Below are positions 1 to 8,402 of a stretch of 64,000 nt of DNA, piece after piece; position 1 is the first letter of the stretch, and every line of letters begins with the position of its first letter. The stretch spans positions 87,834 to 151,833 of the forward strand of contig NZ_CANMBJ010000003.1 of assembly GCF_947496075.1 (NCBI RefSeq), in the 5' to 3' direction. Position numbers and translations under genes: made by a program. The stretch is from an uncultured Tateyamaria sp. Its GTDB lineage: Bacteria; Pseudomonadota; Alphaproteobacteria; Rhodobacterales; Rhodobacteraceae. Below the pieces are notes generated by a model. It saw only the letters and a program-made list of their open reading frames with translations. It did no database searches and was not told the origin of the DNA.

Positions 1-1604
1 TGTCCGTCGATGGGAGCCTGCCAACAGAGATCACGCTTTTTGACGAAGGAGACGCGCCGCCTGTGACGCGCGCGGCGATTGAGACGCGGATCGTGGCGCA
101 GATCGGGGCGATGCTGCCAGGGGTTGCCGCTGTATCGAGTGTGATCGAGGGCGACCAGATCGTGATTACCTCGGGCACGAGCGACCGGCGCTCGGCCGTG
201 GTGTTCCGCAACGCGTCGCAGCAGAATGCAGCGGCGCATCTGGGCTTTGGGGCTGCCAATGGTGGTGTAGAGGTGTCCGGCGCAGCAGAGTTGCGACCGG
301 CGCTGCCCCATACGACGATTGCGGATTTCGCGGCGCTGACGGGCGCGATCGAGGCCAATGACGAGTTGCAGTTCGATCTGGTGGATCTGACGGATCCGGG
401 TACATCGCTCGCGGATGTGACGGTTGTGTTTGCGGTGGTGCCAGCCGATGAAGAGGAGGTGCGCGCCGCGATCGAGGCGGCGCTGCAGGCGGATGTGACA
501 CCGGCGCTGGCGGGTGCGACAGCGACGATTGTGAACGGAGCGTTGCGGATCGTGCCGGGCGCGGCGAACCCGGTTACGGGCATCCTGATCTCGGATGCGG
601 TGGGTGATGCGCTCGGCTCGTCGGGCGTGGATGTGCTGGCCAATGTTGGCTTTTATCAGCCCGGCGTTGGCCCGACTGTAGGTGCGCAGGTGTCGGGCAT
701 CACCGGCGCAGATGGGGACCCACCAACGCTGACTGCCGAGATCGTGGGCGACCGGATTCAGAAAACGGGGATATTCGCACTCGAGGATGCCGACATATTC
801 AACATCATGTGCCTGCCGGGCATTCAGGATGAGCCTGCGCTGACAGCGGCGGTTGCCTATGCGGAGGAGCGGCGTTCGATGATCATCATCGACATCGATC
901 CCAATATCGACACTCTTCAGGAGGCGCGGGCATGGATTGAGGGCGGGCCCTTCCCCTCGAACAACGCGATGGCTTATTTCCCTCGCATTCGCATGGCGGA
1001 CCCGTTGCAACAGAACCGGCCGCGACCTTTCCCGAATTCGGGGGCAATGGCGGGGGTTATGGCACGCACGGACAATGCGCGCGGCATCTGGAAGGCCCCG
1101 GCTGGCATTGAGGCTGGGCTGCGAGGCGTTCAAGAGCTCGACTATGCGCTCAGTGATCCGGAGAATGGCGTGTTGAACCCGTTGGGGCTGAACTGCCTCC
1201 GGAATTTTCCCGTCTATGGCACGGTGGCTTGGGGCGCGCGCACGCTCGTCGGGGCGAACGCGCGGGCGAGCGAATGGAAGTACATCCCGGTGCGGCGCAC
1301 GGCGCTTTTCATCGAAGAGAGCCTCTACCGTGGCACGCAATTCGCCGTTTTTGAGCCGAATGACGAGCCTTTGTGGGCTGAGATCCGGCTTTCGGTTGGA
1401 TCCTTTATGAACAACCTCTTTCGGCAGGGTGCGTTCCAGGGATCGACGCCGCAGGAGGCGTATTTCGTGCGATGCGACAGCACGACGACGACGCAGGCGG
1501 ATATCGATCTCGGCATCCTGAACGTCCTTGTTGGTTTCGCGCCGCTGAAGCCAGCCGAGTTTGTCATCATCTCGCTCCAGCAGATCGCTGGGCAGGGCCA
1601 GTAA
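1..1604 (+). CDS. contractile tail sheath protein (phage/eCIS type), 5' end outside the window
   Basis: The reading frame is open from nt 3 to the stop at 1602-1604, so the listed ORF start at 63 is an internal GTG. The C-terminal half (GIWKAPAG, GARTLVG..SEWKYIPVRRTALFIEESL, GFAPLKPAEFVII) matches the conserved sheath C-terminal domain. The usual N-terminal PGVY-type motif is missing, so the gene begins upstream. A tube gene follows 18 nt later. Confidence 0.85.
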   Translation, partial: SVDGSLPTEITLFDEGDAPPVTRAAIETRIVAQIGAMLPGVAAVSSVIEGDQIVITSGTSDRRSAVVFRNASQQNAAAHLGFGAANGGVEVSGAAELRPALPHTTIADFAALTGAIEANDELQFDLVDLTDPGTSLADVTVVFAVVPADEEEVRAAIEAALQADVTPALAGATATIVNGALRIVPGAANPVTGILISDAVGDALGSSGVDVLANVGFYQPGVGPTVGAQVSGITGADGDPPTLTAEIVGDRIQKTGIFALEDADIFNIMCLPGIQDEPALTAAVAYAEERRSMIIIDIDPNIDTLQEARAWIEGGPFPSNNAMAYFPRIRMADPLQQNRPRPFPNSGAMAGVMARTDNARGIWKAPAGIEAGLRGVQELDYALSDPENGVLNPLGLNCLRNFPVYGTVAWGARTLVGANARASEWKYIPVRRTALFIEESLYRGTQFAVFEPNDEPLWAEIRLSVGSFMNNLFRQGAFQGSTPQEAYFVRCDSTTTTQADIDLGILNVLVGFAPLKPAEFVIISLQQIAGQGQ

Positions 1605-1622
1605 GCGCAAAGGAGAAAGACT

Positions 1623-2138
1623 ATGGCTGAATTCAGTGTGAATCCGCAGCGCTTCGATCCCTACAAGAACTTCAAGTTCCGCGTGCGCTGGGACGGGCGC
1701 TTTGTGGCGGGGATTTCCAAGGTAGGGGCGCTCAAGCGGTCCACCGAGGTGGTCGAGCATCGCGTCGGCGGGGACAGTTCGACGGGGCGAAAATCGCCGG
1801 GACGTACAAAGTTCGAGGCGATTATGCTGGAGCGCGGCGTGACCCATGACGAGGATTTCGAACGCTGGGCAAACCTTGTGTGGAACGTCGAGGCGGGATT
1901 GGGGGCGGAAGTTTCGCTCTCCGACTTTCGCAAGGACATCATCCTAGAGATGTACAATGAGGCGGGACAGTTGGCGATTGCCTATAAAGTGTTCCGCTGC
2001 TGGGTATCGGAATTCCAAGCGTTGCCGGAACTGGACAGCAACGCGAACGCCGTCGCCATCCAATCCATCAAGCTGGAGAACGAAGGTTGGATCCGCGATG
2101 TGGAGGTGCAGGAGCCGACCGAGCCCTCCTTCGCCTGA
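1623..2138 (+). CDS. contractile tail tube protein (T4 gp19 / Afp1-like)
   Basis: FKFRVRWDGRFVAGISKVGALKRSTEVVEHRVGG is the conserved 'phage tail region protein' tube signature. It has an aaaggagaaag RBS, the expected size of 171 aa, and sits directly after the sheath gene. Confidence 0.85.
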   Translation: MAEFSVNPQRFDPYKNFKFRVRWDGRFVAGISKVGALKRSTEVVEHRVGGDSSTGRKSPGRTKFEAIMLERGVTHDEDFERWANLVWNVEAGLGAEVSLSDFRKDIILEMYNEAGQLAIAYKVFRCWVSEFQALPELDSNANAVAIQSIKLENEGWIRDVEVQEPTEPSFA

Positions 2139-2155
2139 TCTGAAATGAGAGTCTG

Positions 2156-2848
2156 ATGGCACAGCATCTGACATCCACCAGCATCCTGCAGGCGTGGGAG
2201 GCCGGGGTGGGCCGCCGCCCACTGGATCGCGGTTTGGCGCTGCTTTGGGCGGCTGGTGTGTCCGGAGATTTGGCAGCGTTGCCATTGGCTGAGCGGGATC
2301 GCGGACTGTTACTGTTGCGGGCAGCGACGTTTGGGCGCGACTTGGAGGCGCAAGCGGTTTGCCCGGACTGCGGTGAGGTGTTGGGGCTAGCGTTGGATGC
2401 AGAGGCTTTGGCAGGCGCGTTGCCGGAGATGGCCGAAGAGGTTGTTGGGGTCGGCGACGAAGAGATTTGTCTGCGACCGTTGACGAGCCGCGATTTGGCC
2501 GCCGTGGTAACCGTGCCGGATGCAGACCTGCCAGACGCTTTGCGGGCCCGGGCGACAGGAGGTGAATCTATTCCACCAACGTTGGTGGCAGAGATCGACG
2601 CCCGGCTTGAAGCGCGGGAGGCCGAGGGGGAGCTGACGACGCGGTTATCCTGCACAGCCTGCTCTGCCGTGTGGACAGAGGTGCTGGACGTTGTCGCGCT
2701 TGTCTGGGCCGAGGTGGAAGCAACGGCGCTGCGGCTTTTTGGTGAGGTTGCAGAATTGGCAGCCGCGTTCGGCTGGGCCGAGCGGGATATTCTGGCACTT
2801 TCGGCTGTGCGACGGCAGACATACCTGCGGATTGCGAGAGGCGGATGA
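2156..2848 (+). CDS. hypothetical eCIS protein with two CxxC pairs (possible zinc ribbon), in the assembly-chaperone position
   Basis: CPDC (aa 69-72) and CTAC (aa 166-169). Its stop overlaps the next start (ATGA at 2845-2848). Codon usage matches its neighbours. No family recognised. Confidence 0.55.
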   Translation: MAQHLTSTSILQAWEAGVGRRPLDRGLALLWAAGVSGDLAALPLAERDRGLLLLRAATFGRDLEAQAVCPDCGEVLGLALDAEALAGALPEMAEEVVGVGDEEICLRPLTSRDLAAVVTVPDADLPDALRARATGGESIPPTLVAEIDARLEAREAEGELTTRLSCTACSAVWTEVLDVVALVWAEVEATALRLFGEVAELAAAFGWAERDILALSAVRRQTYLRIARGG

Positions 2849-3582
2849 GCGGTGTGTTGCAGCGGCTGGTCGCGCGCGCCGCCGGGACAGAGAAGCCCGG
2901 GTTGCAGGCGCGTCTACCGGCGCGGTTCGAAGCTGGCGGTATGACGGAGGATGGATTTTCCGAGCGAGTGGATGAGGTCACAGTAGAACCTCGCAACTCA
3001 CGGGAGGAGATTTCCGCCGCACCCGCGAGGGAGGCACCTGCAACCGAGAGTGTCACCGAGGAAGTGCGCGCCGATCCCCGGGAAGCGCGTTTTTCGCCTG
3101 AGTTGACACCTCGGACGGCGCAGAAGCGACGGGCTGAAACTGCGCCTGAGGACCGGCAGAACGACGGGCCACCTTTTGCCGAACTTCGGCATGAGGTTGA
3201 CGAAACTTCAGCTCCGCACGCACCTCCTTTGACGGCTGTCGAACGCGTGACGGAACGTGTTGTTACCGAGGAACGGTTGGCAGCGGATGCCGCGGCGACC
3301 AGCACACCCCCAAAGGGCGATGCACCCCCTGAGCCGCTATTGTTTACTGAGCCAGCTGAGCGCGAGGTGGAGGCTTTGCCTGTGGCGCCGATCCCGCCGA
3401 AACGTGCTGAGCGAGGGGCACCGGCGGGGGACCCAGTGGGCACGCAACCGCCTGAAATCTCCATCCATATCGGGCGGATCGAGGTACGCGGTGAGACCGA
3501 GAAAGCGGTGCCGCGGAAACGGGCGCAGCGGGACCTGAAGCTGTCCTCACTGTCCGACTTTCTTGGCGGGAGTGCGTCGTGA
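2845..3582 (+). CDS. hypothetical Pro/Glu/Ala-rich protein, candidate tail-length/tape-measure-slot protein
   Basis: Low-complexity sequence ending in PPEISIHIGRIEVRGETEKAVPRKR. It is translationally coupled on both sides (ATGA at 2845, GTGA at 3579). The function is assigned by position only, between the tube and cap genes. Confidence 0.45.
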   Translation: MSGVLQRLVARAAGTEKPGLQARLPARFEAGGMTEDGFSERVDEVTVEPRNSREEISAAPAREAPATESVTEEVRADPREARFSPELTPRTAQKRRAETAPEDRQNDGPPFAELRHEVDETSAPHAPPLTAVERVTERVVTEERLAADAAATSTPPKGDAPPEPLLFTEPAEREVEALPVAPIPPKRAERGAPAGDPVGTQPPEISIHIGRIEVRGETEKAVPRKRAQRDLKLSSLSDFLGGSAS

Positions 3583-4916
3583 GCAATGTGCTGGCCATCT
3601 CCGCGGTGACGCAGTTGATGAAGGACCTCATCAATGATGCGATGATCAACGGAAATATCAGCCAGGTGCTGGGCTCGGATTTCACCGTGACGGCATTGCC
3701 GCCGAACCGCGTGGTTTCGGAGAATTCGGCGGACCAGGCGACGCAGTTGAACCTTTTCTTGTACCGCGTCTCGCCGAATGCGGCGTTGCGGAACTCGGAT
3801 ATGCCGACACGGAACCGGGCGGGTGATTTGGTGTGCCGGCCGCGTCTCGCGCTGGATCTGCACTACATCCTGACGGCGGTTTCGGCAGAGGAGTTGCACG
3901 CGGAGATACTGCTGGGCTACGCGATGCAGCTTTTCCACGAACAGGCGATGCTTCCGCGCGAGGTGATCCGGGAAGCGCTGAACCTTGCGATCATCGATCA
4001 AATACTGCCGCCCGAGGATTTCGACCCGATCCGCGCCTCCGAGCTCGCTGATCAGGTGGAGATGATCAAGATCACGCCGCGGACGCTTTCGATGGACGAT
4101 ATGTCGAAGCTCTGGACGGCGTTTCAGGCGAGCTACAGGACGACGGTGGCCTATGACGTCTCTGTCGTGCTGATTGAGCGGGAATTGCCGGTACGACCAA
4201 GCTTGCCGGTTTTGTCGCGGGGCGGGCTGGTGGACCCGGAGACAGAGCGCGACCCCGGTGTGACTGTGCGCCCGGACCTGGCGAACACTGTACCGACGCT
4301 GACGGCGGTCACGCCGGAAGACGGGCATCCGGTGATGCGGCTGGGCGGGAACGTGGTGCTGGAGGGGTTTGCGCTGGACGGCGCAGAGGTAACGGTGCGC
4401 TTTACCGAACCCGGCACGGGTGTTGTGCTGGCCATGCCGCCGCTTGAGCCAGCGGCCCCGAACCGGTTGGTGGTGCCGCTGCCCGAAGGGGTGCCGCTTT
4501 TGCCAGGATCGCCGCAGGCGGGCGGGGTGTTCGATCCGGCGCGTTGGCGTGTTGGCGCCTACGTCATTGATGTTTCGGTGTGGGATGCTGACGGGCGCGA
4601 GATGGTTTCCAACGCGCTGCCACTGGCGCTGGCGCCGTTGAGTACAGCAGCGGCAGCGGCGGTGTTGGGGGATGTGCAACTGACGCTGACCTGTGCGCCG
4701 CCGATCAGGCCCGGACAGACTGTGGCGATTGCCGCTGGGGCGTCGGCGATACCAGTGGACACGCCGGTGACGCCGGTGAATGAAGCGTCAGCCACCTTCG
4801 CTGGCCTGACCTCTGGCGTTGAGGTGCCGGTGCGATTGCGTGTCGATGGCATCGACAGCCCAGTGATCGACCTGACAACAGAGCCTCCGAGCCTTGAAAC
4901 GGTGACGATCCCATGA
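3579..4916 (+). CDS. DUF4255 (Pvc16/Afp16-like) tail terminator/cap protein with C-terminal Ig-like extension
   Basis: The N-terminus (MSNVLAISAVTQLMKDLINDAM ... LNLFLYRVSPNAALRN) matches my recollection of the DUF4255 family that marks eCIS loci. The C-terminal ~220 aa are beta-rich repeats (VTVRF.., VPVRLRVDG..). Confidence 0.75.
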   Translation: MSNVLAISAVTQLMKDLINDAMINGNISQVLGSDFTVTALPPNRVVSENSADQATQLNLFLYRVSPNAALRNSDMPTRNRAGDLVCRPRLALDLHYILTAVSAEELHAEILLGYAMQLFHEQAMLPREVIREALNLAIIDQILPPEDFDPIRASELADQVEMIKITPRTLSMDDMSKLWTAFQASYRTTVAYDVSVVLIERELPVRPSLPVLSRGGLVDPETERDPGVTVRPDLANTVPTLTAVTPEDGHPVMRLGGNVVLEGFALDGAEVTVRFTEPGTGVVLAMPPLEPAAPNRLVVPLPEGVPLLPGSPQAGGVFDPARWRVGAYVIDVSVWDADGREMVSNALPLALAPLSTAAAAAVLGDVQLTLTCAPPIRPGQTVAIAAGASAIPVDTPVTPVNEASATFAGLTSGVEVPVRLRVDGIDSPVIDLTTEPPSLETVTIP

Positions 4917-6793
4917 CGGTGACGATGCAGACAACGCCCGAGATGGAATTGGCCCTTCTGCGGGAGGGGCTGGAGGCGACAATTGGCTCTGTCAGGGCGC
5001 GGCTTTCGGCATTGGCGGAGGGTACGGCGCCGCCGCCTTTCGCAGTATCCAAAGAGAGTGCGCTGCTTCGGCTCGCGTCGATTTTCCGGCTGACGGAGGT
5101 CGAGCAGGAATTGCTGATACTTGCGGTGGCGGTTGAACTCGATGGGGCGACGGGAGCCGTGGTGCAGGCGCTTGGCGGGCGCGACGTGTGCGATCTGTCG
5201 GTCGCGGAGCGCCTCGTGGGTCCGGCGATTTGGGATGCGCTTGTGCCCGAAGCGCCGCTGCGGCGGTGGCGGCTGCTGGAACTTGGCGGGACAGGGCCGC
5301 TCTGGCAGCGAAGTTTGCGCGCAGATGAGCGGATCGTTCATGCTTTGCTAGGTACGATGTACCTCGATCAGCGGCTGGAAGGAATGGTGCGCCCTGTTTG
5401 GGCCGACGGGGTCGTGAGCGCGCGAGAGCGTGACTTGGCCGAGCGGTTGACGCAGGCTTGGCGAGGTGTGGCGCGCCCACCGGTGATCCTGCTTGGCGGA
5501 CGGGATGCGGCCGCGAAGCGGGCACTTGCGGCGGCGGCGGCGGCGCGGTTGGGCATGGGGCTCTATCGGGTTGCGGCGGTGGATATTCCGGGCGACTGGG
5601 CGCAACGGTACGCGTTGGCGATCTTTCTGGACCGGGAGTTGGCACTGTCCTCCGCCGCGGTGCTCATCGAAGGTGCGGCGGGGGCTTTTGCGGATCTGAT
5701 CTCCGGCCCAACGATCCTGGCAGCGGACGACCCGGACTTGCCGGAGCGTCAGCCCGTGCTGCGCCTTGATCTGGCCGGGGCGGACCGGCGCGAACGGCGG
5801 GATCTTTGGCAAAAGGCGTTGGGACCCCGGGGCGAGGCGGCATTGCTTGATCGCGTTGCGGCGCAGTTCGCATTGCCGCCATCGGCCATTCGCGCGGCTG
5901 CGGCAGAGGTGGAGCCGGGCATTGCGCCTGAGGCACTGACCGGACGGCTTTGGCAGGCGGCGCGGCTACAGGGGCGGCGAGCGCTGGATGGGCTGGCCGA
6001 CCGGATCGAAAGCCGGGCAGGTTGGCGTGACCTTGTGCTGCCGGAAGATCAGCTTTCTGTTCTCAAGGATCTTGCCGGACATCTGCGCGATGCTTGGGTG
6101 GTAAACCAAGAGTGGGGCTGGGAAGGCAAAAGTCCGCGCGGTCTGGGTGCGGCGGCTCTTTTTGCCGGGCCTTCGGGCACCGGTAAGACGCTGGCGGCAG
6201 AGGTATTGGCGGGCGAACTGGCGCTTGATCTCTACCGGATCGACCTGTCGCAGGTTGTGTCCAAATATATCGGTGAGACAGAAAAGAACCTGTCACGGAT
6301 TTTTGAGGCGGCGGAGGATGGCGGGGCGATCCTGCTGTTCGACGAAGCGGATGCGCTCTTTGGCAAGCGGTCAGAGGTGAAGGACAGCCATGACCGTTAT
6401 GCGAATGTGGAGGTAAGCTACCTCTTGCAGAGGATGGAAGCCTATTCTGGCCTCGCGATCCTGACCACAAACCAGAAAGGCGCGGTGGATACGGCGTTTT
6501 TGCGAAGGCTCCGTTACGTGTTGAATTTCCCATTCCCCGATGCGGCGGCGCGGGCGGAGATCTGGGCGCGGATATTCCCGGACGAGACGCCGCTTGACGG
6601 GGTCAGGCCGGACGCGCTTGCGGCGCTGAATATTGCCGGGGGTGCCATTCGCTCCATCGCGCTCAACGCTGCTTATCTGGCGGCCGGCGTTGGTGAACCG
6701 GTGCGTATGGGGCATGTGCTGCGGGCCGCGCGGCGGGAATACACCAAACTTGAGAAGCCCTTCACGTCGGCAGAGATGGGGGCGTTTCGATGA
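4913..6793 (+). CDS. AAA+ ATPase (Afp15/Pvc15-like eCIS ATPase)
   Basis: Walker A is GPSGTGKT and Walker B is ILLFDEADALF. SKYIGETEKNL and the following YLLQRME are typical of the CDC48-like AAA module. There is a long non-AAA N-terminal domain. The start overlaps the DUF4255 stop (ATGA). Confidence 0.9.
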   Translation: MTVTMQTTPEMELALLREGLEATIGSVRARLSALAEGTAPPPFAVSKESALLRLASIFRLTEVEQELLILAVAVELDGATGAVVQALGGRDVCDLSVAERLVGPAIWDALVPEAPLRRWRLLELGGTGPLWQRSLRADERIVHALLGTMYLDQRLEGMVRPVWADGVVSARERDLAERLTQAWRGVARPPVILLGGRDAAAKRALAAAAAARLGMGLYRVAAVDIPGDWAQRYALAIFLDRELALSSAAVLIEGAAGAFADLISGPTILAADDPDLPERQPVLRLDLAGADRRERRDLWQKALGPRGEAALLDRVAAQFALPPSAIRAAAAEVEPGIAPEALTGRLWQAARLQGRRALDGLADRIESRAGWRDLVLPEDQLSVLKDLAGHLRDAWVVNQEWGWEGKSPRGLGAAALFAGPSGTGKTLAAEVLAGELALDLYRIDLSQVVSKYIGETEKNLSRIFEAAEDGGAILLFDEADALFGKRSEVKDSHDRYANVEVSYLLQRMEAYSGLAILTTNQKGAVDTAFLRRLRYVLNFPFPDAAARAEIWARIFPDETPLDGVRPDALAALNIAGGAIRSIALNAAYLAAGVGEPVRMGHVLRAARREYTKLEKPFTSAEMGAFR

Positions 6794-7026
6794 GCAGCCA
6801 GCGGATTACACTTCGGATCGACAGTGTTGTGGTGGATCAGCCCGGGTTGACGCGGGATGCGCTGGACAGCGCGTTGCGCGCGGCGATCGAGACGCATTTG
6901 GCTGACCGTGGCACAGCTGCATTTGTAGGGGGAGCGCGCGCGACGGCTTCTGCCCAGATGCCTCGGGCAGCGGATGCCTTGCCGGTGCGCGTTGCCTCTG
7001 CCGCACTAAAGGCGGTGACGTCATGA
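6790..7026 (+). CDS. small hypothetical protein (78 aa) coupled to the ATPase and to the first DUF4157 gene
   Basis: ATGA overlaps at both ends (6790-6793 and 7023-7026). The N-terminal ITLRIDSVVVD resembles the IHIGRIEVRG motif of ORF 2845..3582. No family recognised. Confidence 0.5.
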   Translation: MSSQRITLRIDSVVVDQPGLTRDALDSALRAAIETHLADRGTAAFVGGARATASAQMPRAADALPVRVASAALKAVTS

Positions 7027-8369
7027 GGGCGCGGGTGACACGGCGACGGGGCGCAGGTGCGCAGCGTGCTGTTTCGGTGAGCCGTCCGGGTGATGCGCAC
7101 GAGCGCCGGGCGGACGCGGCTGCCAACGCGGCGCTTGGTGGTGTGCCGTCTCGCCTTGGTGCATCTCACGCGCCAGCTGTTTCATCCGGGGCGCGTGCAG
7201 AGGCGGCGGAGGCGACGTCGCTTGGTGGGCGGGCATTGGGTGCCGCCGAGCGCGCCTATTTCGAACCTCGCTTCGGACGGGATCTTTCCACGGTGCGCCT
7301 GCATACTGGCGTGAGGGCCAACGCGGCCGCAGCGGGGATCGGAGCCGAGGCTTTCGCGCATGGTCAGCATATCGCATTTGCGCCCGGTGCCTATGCGCCC
7401 CAGAGCCCGCGCGGGCGGCAGGTTCTGGCGCATGAGATTGCGCATACGCAAGCATCGGGCGGGCCGACGATCCAGCGGCTTTGCACCGCCAACAGCATTT
7501 GCAACCCGTCCTCGGGCGGACCCGTTGCAGGCTCTGCCGAGGGGTTTAGTGAGGATCAGGAGGCAGAGGAGGCGGACCCGCGGACACGACGCCGCGGCAT
7601 GACGCCAACGCGGGCGCGCAGCAGCGGCCATGCGGGAAGGGCGCGGCAGCTTGAACAGGTGCTAACGGCGCATGATGCCTCTCGCGTCGCGCTGGTGCAT
7701 GGCATCTTCATCGATGCTGATTTGGCCGACGGAAGCTCCGCTATGTTGGCCGATTGCGGACGCTGGGCGCGGGAGAGCCTGCCAACCGGAGACACCGATC
7801 CGGACGGGTTCGCCGCCGCCACGAAGCGCTGCATCTTCGTGCCTGGGAAGCTCAATCGAGGGGCTCTGAAGTTTAACCGCGGTGCGCGGCGGATTTTCGG
7901 CGAAACACGTGATGCGTGGCACGCAGAGGCGCTTGCGGCGCTGGTCCACGAGAGCGAGCACGCGCGGTTTGAGGATACGATCAGTGGCGGGCTGACGCGG
8001 CCGGCGTCAGTGACGACGGCGACGTGCACCCATGCCGCAACGCAGGGCGAGCTTTCCGAGATTGTGGCGCTGGCCTCTGAGTTTCCCACGCATTTCGACG
8101 CGGCGGAGGCCGAGACAAGCCCGAGCGGGCCAGCACATCAGCGCCTCGATGCGAATATCGATTTCATCGCGACCTTCGATCCCAACAGCGAGAGCATTCC
8201 CGGATCGCTGCAGGCTTTGGGCTGCAAGTGCGAATGCAACGAGGTTGAAACGATGGTGACCCAGACGATGGATGCAGTGACGACGGGTTGGACGACGGCG
8301 CAAAAGGCCGGGCTGCGCACGGCGTTGCGGGGGCGGCTGCCCAACTGGCCAGCGGCACCGAGCCCATGA
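7023..8369 (+). CDS. DUF4157-domain protein, candidate eCIS cargo/effector 1 with a second HExxH domain
   Basis: PGDAHERRADAAANA leader, then ERAYFEPRFGRDLSTVRLHTG...FAHGQHIAFAPG...LAHEIAHTQ, which is the DUF4157 signature including HExxH. The C-terminal half has a second HExxH (VHESEHARF, nt 7947-7961) and a CKCEC cluster. Confidence 0.8.
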   Translation: MRARVTRRRGAGAQRAVSVSRPGDAHERRADAAANAALGGVPSRLGASHAPAVSSGARAEAAEATSLGGRALGAAERAYFEPRFGRDLSTVRLHTGVRANAAAAGIGAEAFAHGQHIAFAPGAYAPQSPRGRQVLAHEIAHTQASGGPTIQRLCTANSICNPSSGGPVAGSAEGFSEDQEAEEADPRTRRRGMTPTRARSSGHAGRARQLEQVLTAHDASRVALVHGIFIDADLADGSSAMLADCGRWARESLPTGDTDPDGFAAATKRCIFVPGKLNRGALKFNRGARRIFGETRDAWHAEALAALVHESEHARFEDTISGGLTRPASVTTATCTHAATQGELSEIVALASEFPTHFDAAEAETSPSGPAHQRLDANIDFIATFDPNSESIPGSLQALGCKCECNEVETMVTQTMDAVTTGWTTAQKAGLRTALRGRLPNWPAAPSP

Positions 8370-8402
8370 TCCGGGCAGGGGCACATAAAGCGGGAGGCTG
8401 CC

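Noticed and set aside
2568-4679. A 703-aa minus-strand ORF, plus many other long antisense or out-of-frame ORFs in the eCIS block (for example 4559..5341, 14487..15647, 23270..24418, 23652..25196).
   Set aside because: They are Arg/Pro/Ala/Ser/His-rich with no recognisable motifs and lie exactly antisense to well-supported genes in about 70% GC DNA. This is typical shadow-ORF behaviour of high-GC sequence.
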